Of a stretch of DNA of 15,995 bases, positions 1-9,391 are shown piece by piece. The stretch is from positions 1 through 15,995 of the forward strand of contig JARRQT010000077.1 in NCBI GenBank assembly GCA_037381445.1, in the 5' to 3' direction. The notes below the pieces were generated by a model. The model ran no database searches. It worked only from the letters and a program-made list of their open reading frames with translations, and was not told the origin of the DNA. The position numbers and the translations under genes are program-made. How positions within the stretch are numbered: position 1 is the stretch's first letter; the number at the start of each line of letters is the position of its first letter. The stretch comes from Calditrichia bacterium. GTDB lineage: Bacteria > Calditrichota > Calditrichia > RBG-13-44-9.

Positions 1-2
1 TT

Positions 3-121
<119 letters not shown>

Positions 122-492
122 ATTTTTTATTTTATTTACCCTCGGCTATTAGCCATCCCTTATCTCTAAAGTATCATTCCCATATATCGGCAGAAACCAA
201 ATTAATTAATTCTTAGTTCATTGGATTCGCAGAAATCCCGGTCATTGCTGTTCTGCGAACGGCAAAAACAAATCCCCATAAAATTCTGAATCCCGGAATT
301 CCGGACTGTCCCTCCAATAAAGCTTCGACACTATCCCCATCAATAATCCGCATGAAATAAATCCGGCAACCCCCTTTATTCCTTCAGATATGTAATTCCC
401 CTTTATTCACTTAGATTTTTTAAGAGATTATCTGCTTTTCACCCCAACCTTCTTTCATAAAAAATTCAATTCCAAATTTACCTTCCGCGGGA

Positions 493-520
493 TGTAACAA
501 TTTCAAAAAGGCCATCGTAA
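493..520 (+). promoter_or_regulatory. Putative ECF sigma-factor promoter for the efflux operon
   Basis: TGTAAC (493-498), 17-nt spacer, CGTAA (516-520). This matches the AAC/CGT core of SigW-like ECF promoters and lies about 125 nt upstream of the adaptor gene. Confidence 0.5.
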
Positions 521-645
521 AGTGTGGCATGGCTCTGATGTTACAAAGGGCTTCGCTGAACACAATTTGCAGAAATAATTTGCTTCAGAAATATATACAG
601 ATAATGATTTAAAGAATAATTCAGATCACGGAGGTTTAACCAGTC

Positions 646-1914
646 ATGTCAAAGAAAAAGATCATCATCTTATCGATTTCGATTATCATTGTCGCAGTCG
701 TCATCATTGGTATTACCCGGAAAGGCGACGGTTCAAAAGGTGTGGAAGTGACCACCGAGAAGGTAAAGAAGCAGAAAATAGTACAGACGGTGGCCGCCAC
801 CGGCCGGATCCAGCCAAAGACACAGGTGAAGATCAGTGCCGATGTGGGGGCCAAAATAACCCGACTGGAAGTGAAAGAAGGCGACTGGGTGGAAAAGGGG
901 GCTTTGCTGGTGGAACTGGACCGTGAAAGATTTCAGGCCATGCTGGAAAGTGCCGAGGCAAATCTGCGGTCTGTGGAAGCCAATGCCAAGCTGGCCAAGG
1001 AAAATATGGTAAAAGCGGAAAAGGACTACGACAGGACGAAGGAACTCTTCGACAGAAAGCTGGAATCGCAGGCCACGCTGGACCAGATTTACGCCGCATA
1101 CCAGGTGGAAAAGGCCCGCTATCAGTCGGTGCTGGAGCAGGTGGACCAGGCGGCTGCTGCATTAAAGCAGAGCCAGGATGACCTCTCCAAGACTACCATT
1201 TATTCTCCAATGGCCGGCACCATCAGTCAATTGAACAAAGAGGTGGGAGAAATTGCCCTCGGTTCCCAGTTTCAGGAAGATGTGATTATGGTAGTCTCAA
1301 ACATGGCAGGCATGGAAGCGCTGGTGGATGTGGATGAGAATGATATCGTGTCCGTGGCGATTGGCGACAGCGCGAAGATTGAAGTTGATGCCCTGCCCGA
1401 CAAGGTATTTTATGGCGAGGTTACGGAAATCGCTAATACCGCCAAGATCACAGGCAGCGGTTCGGCAGACCAGAAAACCGAGTTTGAAGTGAAAGTGGCG
1501 TTGTCGGATCCCGGCGAAGAATTACGGCCCGGAATGACCGCCAGCGCGGACATTATCACCGATACCAGGGAGAACGCTCTCGGCATTCCCATTCAGAGTG
1601 TGGCCGTTCGCACGCCCCAGCAATTGATCAGGACAGCCCCGAAGCCCAATGGCAGTGAAGCCATTGCCGATGATTCGGCCGCGCAAACTTTTGTTCCCGA
1701 CAAAGACGGATTTGTGGAAGTGGTTTTTGTGGTGAATAATGGTGTTGCTGAAGCTAAACAGGTAAAAACCGGTATCCAGAGTGATACCCACATCGAAATT
1801 AAAGAAGGGCTGGCGGAGCAGGATGAGATTGTTGTCGGGAATTACCGGGCCATCAGTCAGGATCTGCAAAATGGCTCGCCGGTCATTATCCGGAAGCCGA
1901 ATGCCCAAAAATAG
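646..1914 (+). CDS. Efflux transporter periplasmic adaptor subunit (MacA/HlyD family)
   Basis: N-terminal membrane anchor, lipoyl-like segments ([21 protein letters not shown]), a coiled-coil hairpin, VDENDI and LRPGMTA motifs. GGAGG RBS upstream. Confidence 0.93.
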   Translation: MSKKKIIILSISIIIVAVVIIGITRKGDGSKGVEVTTEKVKKQKIVQTVAATGRIQPKTQVKISADVGAKITRLEVKEGDWVEKGALLVELDRERFQAMLESAEANLRSVEANAKLAKENMVKAEKDYDRTKELFDRKLESQATLDQIYAAYQVEKARYQSVLEQVDQAAAALKQSQDDLSKTTIYSPMAGTISQLNKEVGEIALGSQFQEDVIMVVSNMAGMEALVDVDENDIVSVAIGDSAKIEVDALPDKVFYGEVTEIANTAKITGSGSADQKTEFEVKVALSDPGEELRPGMTASADIITDTRENALGIPIQSVAVRTPQQLIRTAPKPNGSEAIADDSAAQTFVPDKDGFVEVVFVVNNGVAEAKQVKTGIQSDTHIEIKEGLAEQDEIVVGNYRAISQDLQNGSPVIIRKPNAQK

Positions 1915-1961
1915 CGATAACTAAACTGCTGAGAATATTGCATAAACGGAAGGATGACAAA

Positions 1962-2675
1962 ATGGCGCTTAAAGTAGAAAATCTTATGAAGACCTACAAA
2001 ATGGGCAGCGAAGAAGTGAATGCGCTGCGCGGAATTTCTCTTGACATCGATCCGGGTGAATATGTGGCTATCATGGGGCCGTCCGGTTCCGGAAAATCGA
2101 CCATGATGAATGTGCTGGGCTGTCTGGATTCTCCCACTTCCGGTTCCTATTTTCTGGAAGACGACGATGTGAGTGGATTAAATGATGACCAACTGGCCGA
2201 AATCAGGAATCAGAAAATCGGGTTTGTATTCCAGACATTTAACCTGCTGCCGCGGGCGGATGTTCTGCATAATGTGGAACTGCCCATGGTGTATGGCGGC
2301 GTTCATTCGGCCAAACGAAAAATAATGGCGGAAGATGCAATTAAAAAAGTTGGTTTGACTGACCGAATGAAACATAAGCCCAGTGAGCTGTCCGGCGGAC
2401 AGCGACAGAGAGTTGCCATTGCGCGGGCCCTGGTAAATAATCCTTCCATTATTCTCGCGGACGAACCCACCGGAAATCTTGACACGACTACCGGCGAGGA
2501 GATCATGGAAATTTTTGACCGACTTCATGAAGCCGGGAATACCATCATACTTGTGACCCATGAAACCGACATCGCCGACCATGCGGAGCGGGTCATTCGC
2601 CTGAAAGATGGTTTGGTAGAAAGCGATACGCTGAACGAAAAGAGCAGCCGGTATGATTATGTTTTTGCCAATTAG
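1962..2675 (+). CDS. ABC transporter ATP-binding protein (MacB/LolD family)
   Basis: Walker [10 protein letters not shown], signature [15 protein letters not shown], Walker B/D-loop [12 protein letters not shown]-loop VTHE. ATG at 1962 follows GGAAGGA and is preferred over the TTG at 1938. Confidence 0.96.
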   Translation: MALKVENLMKTYKMGSEEVNALRGISLDIDPGEYVAIMGPSGSGKSTMMNVLGCLDSPTSGSYFLEDDDVSGLNDDQLAEIRNQKIGFVFQTFNLLPRADVLHNVELPMVYGGVHSAKRKIMAEDAIKKVGLTDRMKHKPSELSGGQRQRVAIARALVNNPSIILADEPTGNLDTTTGEEIMEIFDRLHEAGNTIILVTHETDIADHAERVIRLKDGLVESDTLNEKSSRYDYVFAN

Positions 2676-2770
2676 TTCAAAAATCTCACGGTGAAATAAG
2701 GTCAACTGCAAAAAAATTATCATTTCTTTGAAAATTTGGGAATGTCTGCACTAACAAGATGGTATAGGGA

Positions 2771-4006
2771 ATGAGAACATTACATGAAAATATAGAGTCC
2801 TTCAAAATTGCCCTCGGAGCAATTAAAGCCAATAAGGCCAGAGGAATCCTCACCACCCTGGGAATTATCATCGGTATCGTGGCCGTGATTACTACCATGA
2901 CCGCGGCAAATGGGCTGGGAAATAAATTCAAGGAGAGTATTTCGGCCCTGGGATCGGATGTGCTCTATGTCTCCCGCATGCCCTGGGTTTTCACGGGTGA
3001 CTGGTTTGAACTGCGAAACCGGGAAAATCTGACACTGAAACAGTCGGAGAAACTGGAACGCCATTTGAAATCGGCGCTGGCGGTGAATCCCAGCACCCAC
3101 ACAAACCGCCACATCAAATACCGCTCTGAGGTACTTGAGAATATTGACATTATCGGCACCACTGAAAAACATATCATGGTTTCCACCTCCGTCCCGGAAT
3201 TCGGCCGCTTCCTGACCGCCAATGATATTCAATATAAGAAAAATGTGTGCGTCATCGGCTCCGAGATCAGGGAAAAGCTGTTCAAAAATGTCGACCCGCT
3301 GAATAAAAAAATGAAAATCGGGCGCTATGCCTACCGCGTGGTTGGCGTTATGGAGAAGCAGGGGAGCGCCAGCTTCTTTGGCGGCCCCAACTTCGACCGC
3401 CAGATTTTCATCCCCATCACCTCATTAATAAAATCTTTTGGCGGGAAGAATCGAGATTTCAATATTGTGGTGAAGGCACCCGGCCAGGAATCCATGGCTG
3501 ATTTTGAGTATGAACTGGTGGGCGAGATGCGAAAAATCCGCAAATTAAAGCCGGTTGAAAAGGACGATTTTTCCATCAACAAAATGGACACCCTCATGGG
3601 CGCCTACAACAATGTGATGGGCGTGGTGGTTCTGATCGGCCTGCTGATCACGGGGATCTCTCTTCTGGTTGGCGGCATCGGGGTGATGAATATCATGTTC
3701 GTGTCGGTAACGGAACGCACCCGTGAAATTGGCATCCGCAAAGCGATTGGAGCCAAGAAGCGGACCATCCTGATTCAATTTCTGTTCGAATCCTCCACAA
3801 TCTGTCTGTTGGGCGGACTGGCGGGTCTGGCGCTGGCATTCGGTGTAACCGCCCTGATCAATTCGCTGTTGATGCCCGCGAGCATCTCGATGCCCATCGT
3901 TGTCATCGCGCTCATCATTTCGGTTTTGGTGGGGGTGTGTTCCGGGATTATCCCTGCCTACCGGGCGGCGAGGCTTAATCCCATTGAGGCGCTGAGATAT
4001 GAATAG
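2771..4006 (+). CDS. ABC transporter permease 1 (MacB/FtsX family)
   Basis: N-terminal LTTLGIIIG transmembrane helix, large periplasmic domain, GGIGVMNIMFVSVTERTREIGIRKAIGA motif, C-terminal PIEALRYE. Confidence 0.95.
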   Translation: MRTLHENIESFKIALGAIKANKARGILTTLGIIIGIVAVITTMTAANGLGNKFKESISALGSDVLYVSRMPWVFTGDWFELRNRENLTLKQSEKLERHLKSALAVNPSTHTNRHIKYRSEVLENIDIIGTTEKHIMVSTSVPEFGRFLTANDIQYKKNVCVIGSEIREKLFKNVDPLNKKMKIGRYAYRVVGVMEKQGSASFFGGPNFDRQIFIPITSLIKSFGGKNRDFNIVVKAPGQESMADFEYELVGEMRKIRKLKPVEKDDFSINKMDTLMGAYNNVMGVVVLIGLLITGISLLVGGIGVMNIMFVSVTERTREIGIRKAIGAKKRTILIQFLFESSTICLLGGLAGLALAFGVTALINSLLMPASISMPIVVIALIISVLVGVCSGIIPAYRAARLNPIEALRYE

Positions 4007-4044
4007 GCAGAACAATTTTTTCGATTATTCGCGAGGGATACAAT

Positions 4045-5295
4045 ATGGGATTCATTGAAGCATTCAAAATGGCGCATACTGCCATCTGGAACCATAAACT
4101 CAGATCGTTTCTGACCCTGCTGGGCATCATTGCGGGAGTATCTTCCATCATTGCCGTGATGACCGGGATCTCGGTAATCCAAAGTACTATCGAAAAGGAA
4201 TTGAGTGTTCTGGGAACCACTACCTTTCAGGCCCAGAAATGGCCGGCCGGCGGCGGATTCGGGAATAATGTGGATTGGCGAAAAATTCAGCAACGCAGAC
4301 CCCTGACGGTGGAAAATGCCAATGCTATCCGGGAAAAAGTAAAGACCGTGGATCTGGTGGGCGCCGAATTGTGGGATTTCGGACACATCGCTAAGTATAA
4401 AAAAGAATCGACCAACCAGAATCTCACCATTTGCGGCGGGACACCGGAGTATCCGGACAACAATACCCACTATATTCATCTGGGACGCAATCTGAGCAAT
4501 GAAGACATCAAGATTGGGCGCAGCGTGGTGGTAATCGGTAATGCCGTTGCGGAAAAGCTTTTTCCTTTTGTGGATCCGGTTCAGAAAACCATCAAAATTG
4601 ATGGCAGGAAGTTTATCGTGGTCGGTGTTTTTGAAGAGAAGAAATCAGCGTTGGGCGGGAATTTTGATAATTACCTGCTGATGCCCATCACCAAGTTCCA
4701 GAGAATTTATGGCGCGTATGATCAGCGTGGGCGGGAGCGGTCCGTCAACATTACGGTCCGGGCGAAATCGCCGGAGCTGCTGCGGGACGCCATTGAAGAA
4801 GTCCGGGGCGTTCTGAGAATGGAACGGAATGTCAATCCGCGGGATGAGGACGATTTTGAAATTTTTACCAACGACAGTCAGATCAAGACTTTTAATAATA
4901 CAACCGCCGGGATAAAAATGGGCGCTTTCGTGATCGGAATTGTGGCGCTCATTGTGGCGGGTATCGGCATCATGAACATTATGCTGGTCTCCGTCACGGA
5001 GCGAACCAAAGAGATTGGCATCCGCAAATCGTTGGGAGCCAAGCGAAAGAATATTTTGGCGCAATTCCTTCTGGAAGCCATCATTCTCTGCAATATTGGC
5101 GGTACTCTGGGCGTGATGGTTGGTTTTGGCCTGGGGAATATTGTGACGATTTTTACCGGATTTGCGATCAATGTTCCCCTGGGATGGGCCATTGGCGGTC
5201 TGTTATTCTGTACCGCTGTGGGATTGACATTCGGCCTCTGGCCGGCAATTACCGCTTCACGGCTCGATCCCATCGAAGCGCTTCGATATGAATAA
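4045..5295 (+). CDS. ABC transporter permease 2 (MacB/FtsX family)
   Basis: RSFLTLLGII, GIGIMNIMLVSVTERTKEIGIRKSLGA and PIEALRYE motifs. Paralog of the upstream permease. Confidence 0.95.
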   Translation: MGFIEAFKMAHTAIWNHKLRSFLTLLGIIAGVSSIIAVMTGISVIQSTIEKELSVLGTTTFQAQKWPAGGGFGNNVDWRKIQQRRPLTVENANAIREKVKTVDLVGAELWDFGHIAKYKKESTNQNLTICGGTPEYPDNNTHYIHLGRNLSNEDIKIGRSVVVIGNAVAEKLFPFVDPVQKTIKIDGRKFIVVGVFEEKKSALGGNFDNYLLMPITKFQRIYGAYDQRGRERSVNITVRAKSPELLRDAIEEVRGVLRMERNVNPRDEDDFEIFTNDSQIKTFNNTTAGIKMGAFVIGIVALIVAGIGIMNIMLVSVTERTKEIGIRKSLGAKRKNILAQFLLEAIILCNIGGTLGVMVGFGLGNIVTIFTGFAINVPLGWAIGGLLFCTAVGLTFGLWPAITASRLDPIEALRYE

Positions 5296-5426
5296 CTGAA
5301 TGAAGGGCTGCCGAGTGACCGATTCATGCCGGCGCCTTATCAGCCTGATTTTTATTGGGGGTGAATAAGAAATCCGGTAGATTTTCAAAAAAGCAGTAAA
5401 TCGTAAAATCAGGAGTAATTGTTTTC

Positions 5427-5819
5427 ATGGAAAGAAAAAATGTTGCATCGAATGCAAAATGGGAGCCTGTGGTGGGATATTCCCGCGCCGTGCGGATGGG
5501 GCCTTTCATCTATGTGTCCGGCACCACGGCAACCAATGGTGATAATCATGTTGTGGGCAGCGGTGACGCTTATGCCCAGACCGTGCAGACCATTCACAAT
5601 ATTGAAAAAGCGCTCTATAAGGCGGGGGCTACGCTTCAGGATGTGGTGCGCACCCGGATTTATCTAAAGAATATGGATGACTGGCAGAAGATCGCCAGGG
5701 CGCATGCCGAATTCTTTGGCAATATCCGCCCGGCAACCAGCATGGTTGAGGTCACCAGGCTGATTGACCCCGATATGCTGGTGGAAATTGAAGCGGAGGC
5801 AATCCTGAAGGAACTGTAG
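5427..5819 (+). CDS. RidA/YjgF/YER057c/UK114 family protein
   Basis: [35 protein letters not shown] and LVEIEAEA motifs. AGGAG upstream. Confidence 0.93.
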   Translation: MERKNVASNAKWEPVVGYSRAVRMGPFIYVSGTTATNGDNHVVGSGDAYAQTVQTIHNIEKALYKAGATLQDVVRTRIYLKNMDDWQKIARAHAEFFGNIRPATSMVEVTRLIDPDMLVEIEAEAILKEL

Positions 5820-6012
5820 CTTAATTCAAGGCATGTTCAGGTTTCCTGATAAATTGTAGATTTTATCTATTCTTTCCCTGAGAAGCATAGCATGGGAGAT
5901 TGATCAATTTTGGTCGTCACCTGCAGGTGTCATAAAAGTCACTGCCCCCCTGTAAACAGTCCTTTTTATTTATGCGCATAGAAATAATATGACATATTTG
6001 GCCATAAACTAT

Positions 6013-6055
6013 TGCTTATTTTAATAATTGTGCATAATATTGTTTAAAATAAGCA
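6013..6055. promoter_or_regulatory. Perfect 12-bp inverted repeat abutting the protease RBS
   Basis: TGCTTATTTTAA (6013-6024) and TTAAAATAAGCA (6044-6055) with a 19-nt spacer. The last base is the first A of AGGAGG (6055-6060). Confidence 0.5.
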
Positions 6056-6065
6056 GGAGGACACT

Positions 6066-7067
6066 ATGGCAACAGATTTAAATCAGGCCAGAGAATTATT
6101 AAAAAATGTCAGGCACGAGCTGCTAAGCAAACCCAATGTGGTGGCGACTGGTGTGGGCTATAAAATGTCCGCCGGGAAACCTACACAGGAATTGGCACTG
6201 ATATGTTCGGTTGAAATAAAGAAAGCAAAACAATCCCTGACCAGCCGGGAGCTGATTCCGGCCAGCATTCAGGGGGTTTCAACCGATGTCTATCCCTCCG
6301 GAATAATTTCGGCGCAGCAGCCGCCTACGGGCCGGTTTCGTCCGGCGCCCGGGGGCGTCAGTATCGGCCAGTATCAGATTACCGCCGGGACACTGGGATG
6401 CCTGGTAAAGAAAAACAACAAGCTGTACATCCTGTCCAATAATCATGTTCTGGCGAACAGCAATGATGCTTCGATCAATGATCCTATACTGCAGCCAGGG
6501 CCATATGACGGCGGAACGGTCAGCAACGATAAGATCGCGGTCTTGAGCGAATTTATCCCAATCTCTTTTGATGGCGGCGGAAGTTCCTGTCCCATCGGAA
6601 ACGCTGCCGCGGATCTTTTGAACAGCATCGCAGCGCTCATCGGAAGCAATACCCGCCTGCAAACCGGGGTGAAGATGGCTGCTGACAATCTGGTGGATTG
6701 CGCCATTGCGGAGCCCGTGAATCCTAATGACGTGATAAACGAAATTCTGCAGATCGGGACCATCTCCGGCGTTGGGGAAGGAACCCTGGGAATGTCGATA
6801 AAAAAGAGCGGGCGAACCACCGGCCTGACCACAGGCACCATTCAACAGGTAGATGTAACGGCGGTGGTGAGTTACGGGGCCAATAAAACGGCTACCTTTG
6901 TTGATCAACTGCTGGCAGGAAGCATGAGCCAGGGCGGAGACAGCGGCTCTGCGGTGCTGAACGACCAGAACCAGATCGTTGGTTTGCTTTTCGCGGGAAG
7001 CAATACCACCACTATCATCAACCGCATTCAAAATGTATTCCAGGCGCTGAATGTTACGCTGCCCTGA
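6066..7067 (+). CDS. Trypsin-like (PA clan) serine protease, Nal1-like, with N-terminal accessory domain and no signal peptide
   Basis: Catalytic triad motifs LSNNHV (H127), VDCAIA (D211) and GGDSGS (S293). Family motifs GGVSIG, AGTLGCLV, ILQPG.YDGG and KSGRTTGLT.G. Strong AGGAGG RBS. Confidence 0.88.
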   Translation: MATDLNQARELLKNVRHELLSKPNVVATGVGYKMSAGKPTQELALICSVEIKKAKQSLTSRELIPASIQGVSTDVYPSGIISAQQPPTGRFRPAPGGVSIGQYQITAGTLGCLVKKNNKLYILSNNHVLANSNDASINDPILQPGPYDGGTVSNDKIAVLSEFIPISFDGGGSSCPIGNAAADLLNSIAALIGSNTRLQTGVKMAADNLVDCAIAEPVNPNDVINEILQIGTISGVGEGTLGMSIKKSGRTTGLTTGTIQQVDVTAVVSYGANKTATFVDQLLAGSMSQGGDSGSAVLNDQNQIVGLLFAGSNTTTIINRIQNVFQALNVTLP

Positions 7068-7115
7068 ACAAAGGATAAGCAAATTCATAAACTATTATAA
7101 AAAGGACGCGGCAAG

Positions 7116-7343
7116 ATGCCGGTATCGATGGAAAAAATTAAAGAAGTGAAACAAAATTATCAACAATCGTGGATGTCGATAAAAGGCGTCGTGGGTGTAG
7201 GTATCGGGCCCACCTCGGACGGGAGCGTGGGCCTGATTATTTCCGTAAAGGAAAACGCCGCGAAAATCAGGAAACGGATACCGGTCAAAATCGAGGAAGT
7301 GACCGTGGATATTCAGGAAACCGGAGAATTTAAAGCGCTATAA
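7116..7343 (+). CDS. Small protein homologous to the N-terminal domain of the upstream protease
   Basis: 75 aa with an AAGGA RBS. VVGVGIG..SDG..LIISV..IPVKIEEVTVDI..TG aligns by eye with the protease's VVATGVG..SAG..LICSV..IPASIQGVSTDV..SG. Confidence 0.8.
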   Translation: MPVSMEKIKEVKQNYQQSWMSIKGVVGVGIGPTSDGSVGLIISVKENAAKIRKRIPVKIEEVTVDIQETGEFKAL

Positions 7344-7417
7344 CGGGACAGTATGAATTTTATTATTCCGGAACTGATTGGGAATTTTAAACTCGGACCT
7401 GTTGAATTTGCCGACAA

Positions 7418-7804
7418 ATGAAACGGACAATATCGTTAATTCTATTCTTCGCCCTTTTTCAAATGGCATGTGAGAAGCATGCCGAAAAGGGGAGATACGT
7501 TTACATGACCGCCCCGGTGGATTCAATTAGAGTAACTGCCGCAGAAAGCAATGCCCTGTCGTTAATTTGTTATGTGACAGTGCCGGACCCCTGCTGGGAA
7601 CTTACCGGGGCCGATGTTAAACAGGCAAGCCGGGACTTTTCGGTAAAGGTCCGGGCCAGAAGAGAGAAATCCAAAATATGCATCGCCATCCCCGCCCGGC
7701 TGGAAATTCCGGTCCGGCTCCGGGTCCAGCAGGCGGGAGATTATGAACTCCGCTTCTGGAGGTCGGACACTTCCAGGCTGGATACCACCCTGATGATTCA
7801 GTAA
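7418..7804 (+). CDS. Hypothetical lipoprotein, predicted beta-rich
   Basis: Signal-like MKRTISLILFFALFQMA-C. The mature part has alternating hydrophobic strands and a possible disulfide pair (PDPCW / KICIA). Confidence 0.7.
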   Translation: MKRTISLILFFALFQMACEKHAEKGRYVYMTAPVDSIRVTAAESNALSLICYVTVPDPCWELTGADVKQASRDFSVKVRARREKSKICIAIPARLEIPVRLRVQQAGDYELRFWRSDTSRLDTTLMIQ

Positions 7805-7886
7805 TTTTGCAGATCCATAAAAATGAACCAGGATTTGATTTCTCTCCTGAAATCCCCCATATTTCAGGAAAAGGGTATCAGGGTTC

Positions 7887-8246
7887 ATGAAAGATAAACA
7901 AAAACCCGGGCTTGTCTATTCCACTGAAAGCGGCCGGATGTGCCCCGATTGCGGCAAACCAATAAACGAATGCATCTGCTCGCAGAAATCCGGCGGCCGT
8001 ACCGGAGATGGAATCCTCCGTATCCGGAGGGAAGTGAAGGGCAGGCATGGCAAGACCGCCACCACGATTTCGGGCCTCCCGCTGGAGGCCGGGGCGCTGA
8101 ACGATCTGGCCAGCGAACTCAAACAGAAATGCGGAACAGGCGGTTCGGTGAAGGACGGCGTTATTGTCATTCAGGGGGATCAGCGGGATAAACTCCTCAC
8201 AATTCTAAAAGAGAAGGAATTTACCGTTAAACTGGCGGGGGGATAG
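7887..8246 (+). CDS. yciH: Translation initiation factor SUI1 / YciH
   Basis: LVYSTE, N-terminal CPDC..CIC, RREVKGRHGKTATTISG and LKQKCGTGGSVKDGVIVIQGD motifs, C-terminal KLAGG. Confidence 0.93.
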   Translation: MKDKQKPGLVYSTESGRMCPDCGKPINECICSQKSGGRTGDGILRIRREVKGRHGKTATTISGLPLEAGALNDLASELKQKCGTGGSVKDGVIVIQGDQRDKLLTILKEKEFTVKLAGG

Positions 8247-8345
8247 CCTTTGCGCGAAGGATTGATCAACAAAAAACTCTGTGGAGTATTATGATTTTAT
8301 ACAAGAGCTTTTTGGCAATGGAATAACCAAACTCAACAGTGAAAG

Positions 8346-8744
8346 ATGGCAGAATATAAAATGAAAAAAATTGTCGGAAAGGGTGAGCCTTTTGAACCCG
8401 GCGATAATATACGGTTAGCCGCGGATGATTTCTGGCGGTTCAACCAGGGCGCCTCGGACCGTTTTCAGTTATTTATCGCCGAAGAAAATGAAAGACTGGC
8501 GAGGCTAGAGGAGAGGTTCGATTCAAAAACAGCCTACAACTATCACCGGCTGGCGCCGGAATTCGAAGAAAATGAGTGGCAGTTTTTTTACCGGGATTTG
8601 CGGGACGAGCTTTTCAAAAAATATGATTACATCCTGGTCACGCGGCATAGCCAGATCTACGGAGTGAAGGGAAATATCTCCACCCTGATTGCGCGTCGGG
8701 AAGGGGCTTACGAAGCCGCCAGGGATATCATCAGCGGGGATTGA
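8346..8744 (+). CDS. Hypothetical protein (132 aa, soluble)
   Basis: Co-oriented ORF filling the gap, with protein-like composition. No family recognised. Alternative start at 8361. Confidence 0.7.
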   Translation: MAEYKMKKIVGKGEPFEPGDNIRLAADDFWRFNQGASDRFQLFIAEENERLARLEERFDSKTAYNYHRLAPEFEENEWQFFYRDLRDELFKKYDYILVTRHSQIYGVKGNISTLIARREGAYEAARDIISGD

Positions 8745-8981
8745 TATTTTTCCGGGTTCTGTGACAACCGTGCTTCCCAATTGTTTGATCATCATTTCCC
8801 GGATAAAGTATCGGATAAATTTTTCTGCGGAAATCAGTCCATTAATAGCTTATCGGATTGTGATCATCGCAAAAGCAGCCTTAAATTATTTTTATTTCGG
8901 CGGTGCAAAAGAATGCTGTTGCGGGATCCGGTGCTGGAATTTATCGGAACGGGACCAGCGAACAGGAGAAAGCGGATTTAA

Positions 8982-9287
8982 ATGATAAAGAATATTCTGA
9001 TTGCGGTTGTCATCATTTATGCCTTTTGGGAACTGCTGGAGCATGTTATTCTTCCGCTTTTTGGAGCAGGATTGGGAAAGAAGCGAAAACCCGTCAGCGG
9101 TGCGGAAGGAATGATCGGAAGAACGGTAGAGGTCCGGGAATGGAAGGGCACAAAGGGCACTGTCTTTATCAACGGCGAATTCTGGAAGGCGGAGAGCGAT
9201 CATACGTTCTCTCCGGGAGACAAAGCCGTCATCAGAGAACTGAACGGATTGAAATTAAAAATTTCCCCGGTGACTGAGGAGCGGTAA
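8982..9287 (+). CDS. NfeD-like C-terminal (OB-fold) membrane protein
   Basis: N-terminal hydrophobic helix, then SGAEGMIG..G.VFINGEFWKAES..GDKAVI...GLKLKI, typical of NfeD C-terminal domains. AGGAG upstream. Confidence 0.85.
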   Translation: MIKNILIAVVIIYAFWELLEHVILPLFGAGLGKKRKPVSGAEGMIGRTVEVREWKGTKGTVFINGEFWKAESDHTFSPGDKAVIRELNGLKLKISPVTEER

Positions 9288-9391
9288 ATCCTTTTCTGTA
9301 ACACGCGGGAAATCCGTTGCCTTCTGAAGTGTGCCTTAAAATTGAAACAAATTTATGGATATTGTATGAAAATCAAAATGAGGAATCTGGC

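Noticed and set aside
293..304. 12-bp palindrome CCGGAATTCCGG downstream of the 5S gene
   Set aside because: Single occurrence, CCGG/CCGGA words are frequent in this window, and there is no supporting context.
5998..6016. Sigma-54 promoter TTGGCC...TTGCT before the protease
   Set aside because: The GG-to-GC spacing is 12 nt rather than the required 10.
636..7088. Numerous minus-strand ORFs (e.g. 2178-2723, 3958-4479, 6279-7088)
   Set aside because: They are antisense shadows of well-supported + strand genes and carry no recognisable motifs.
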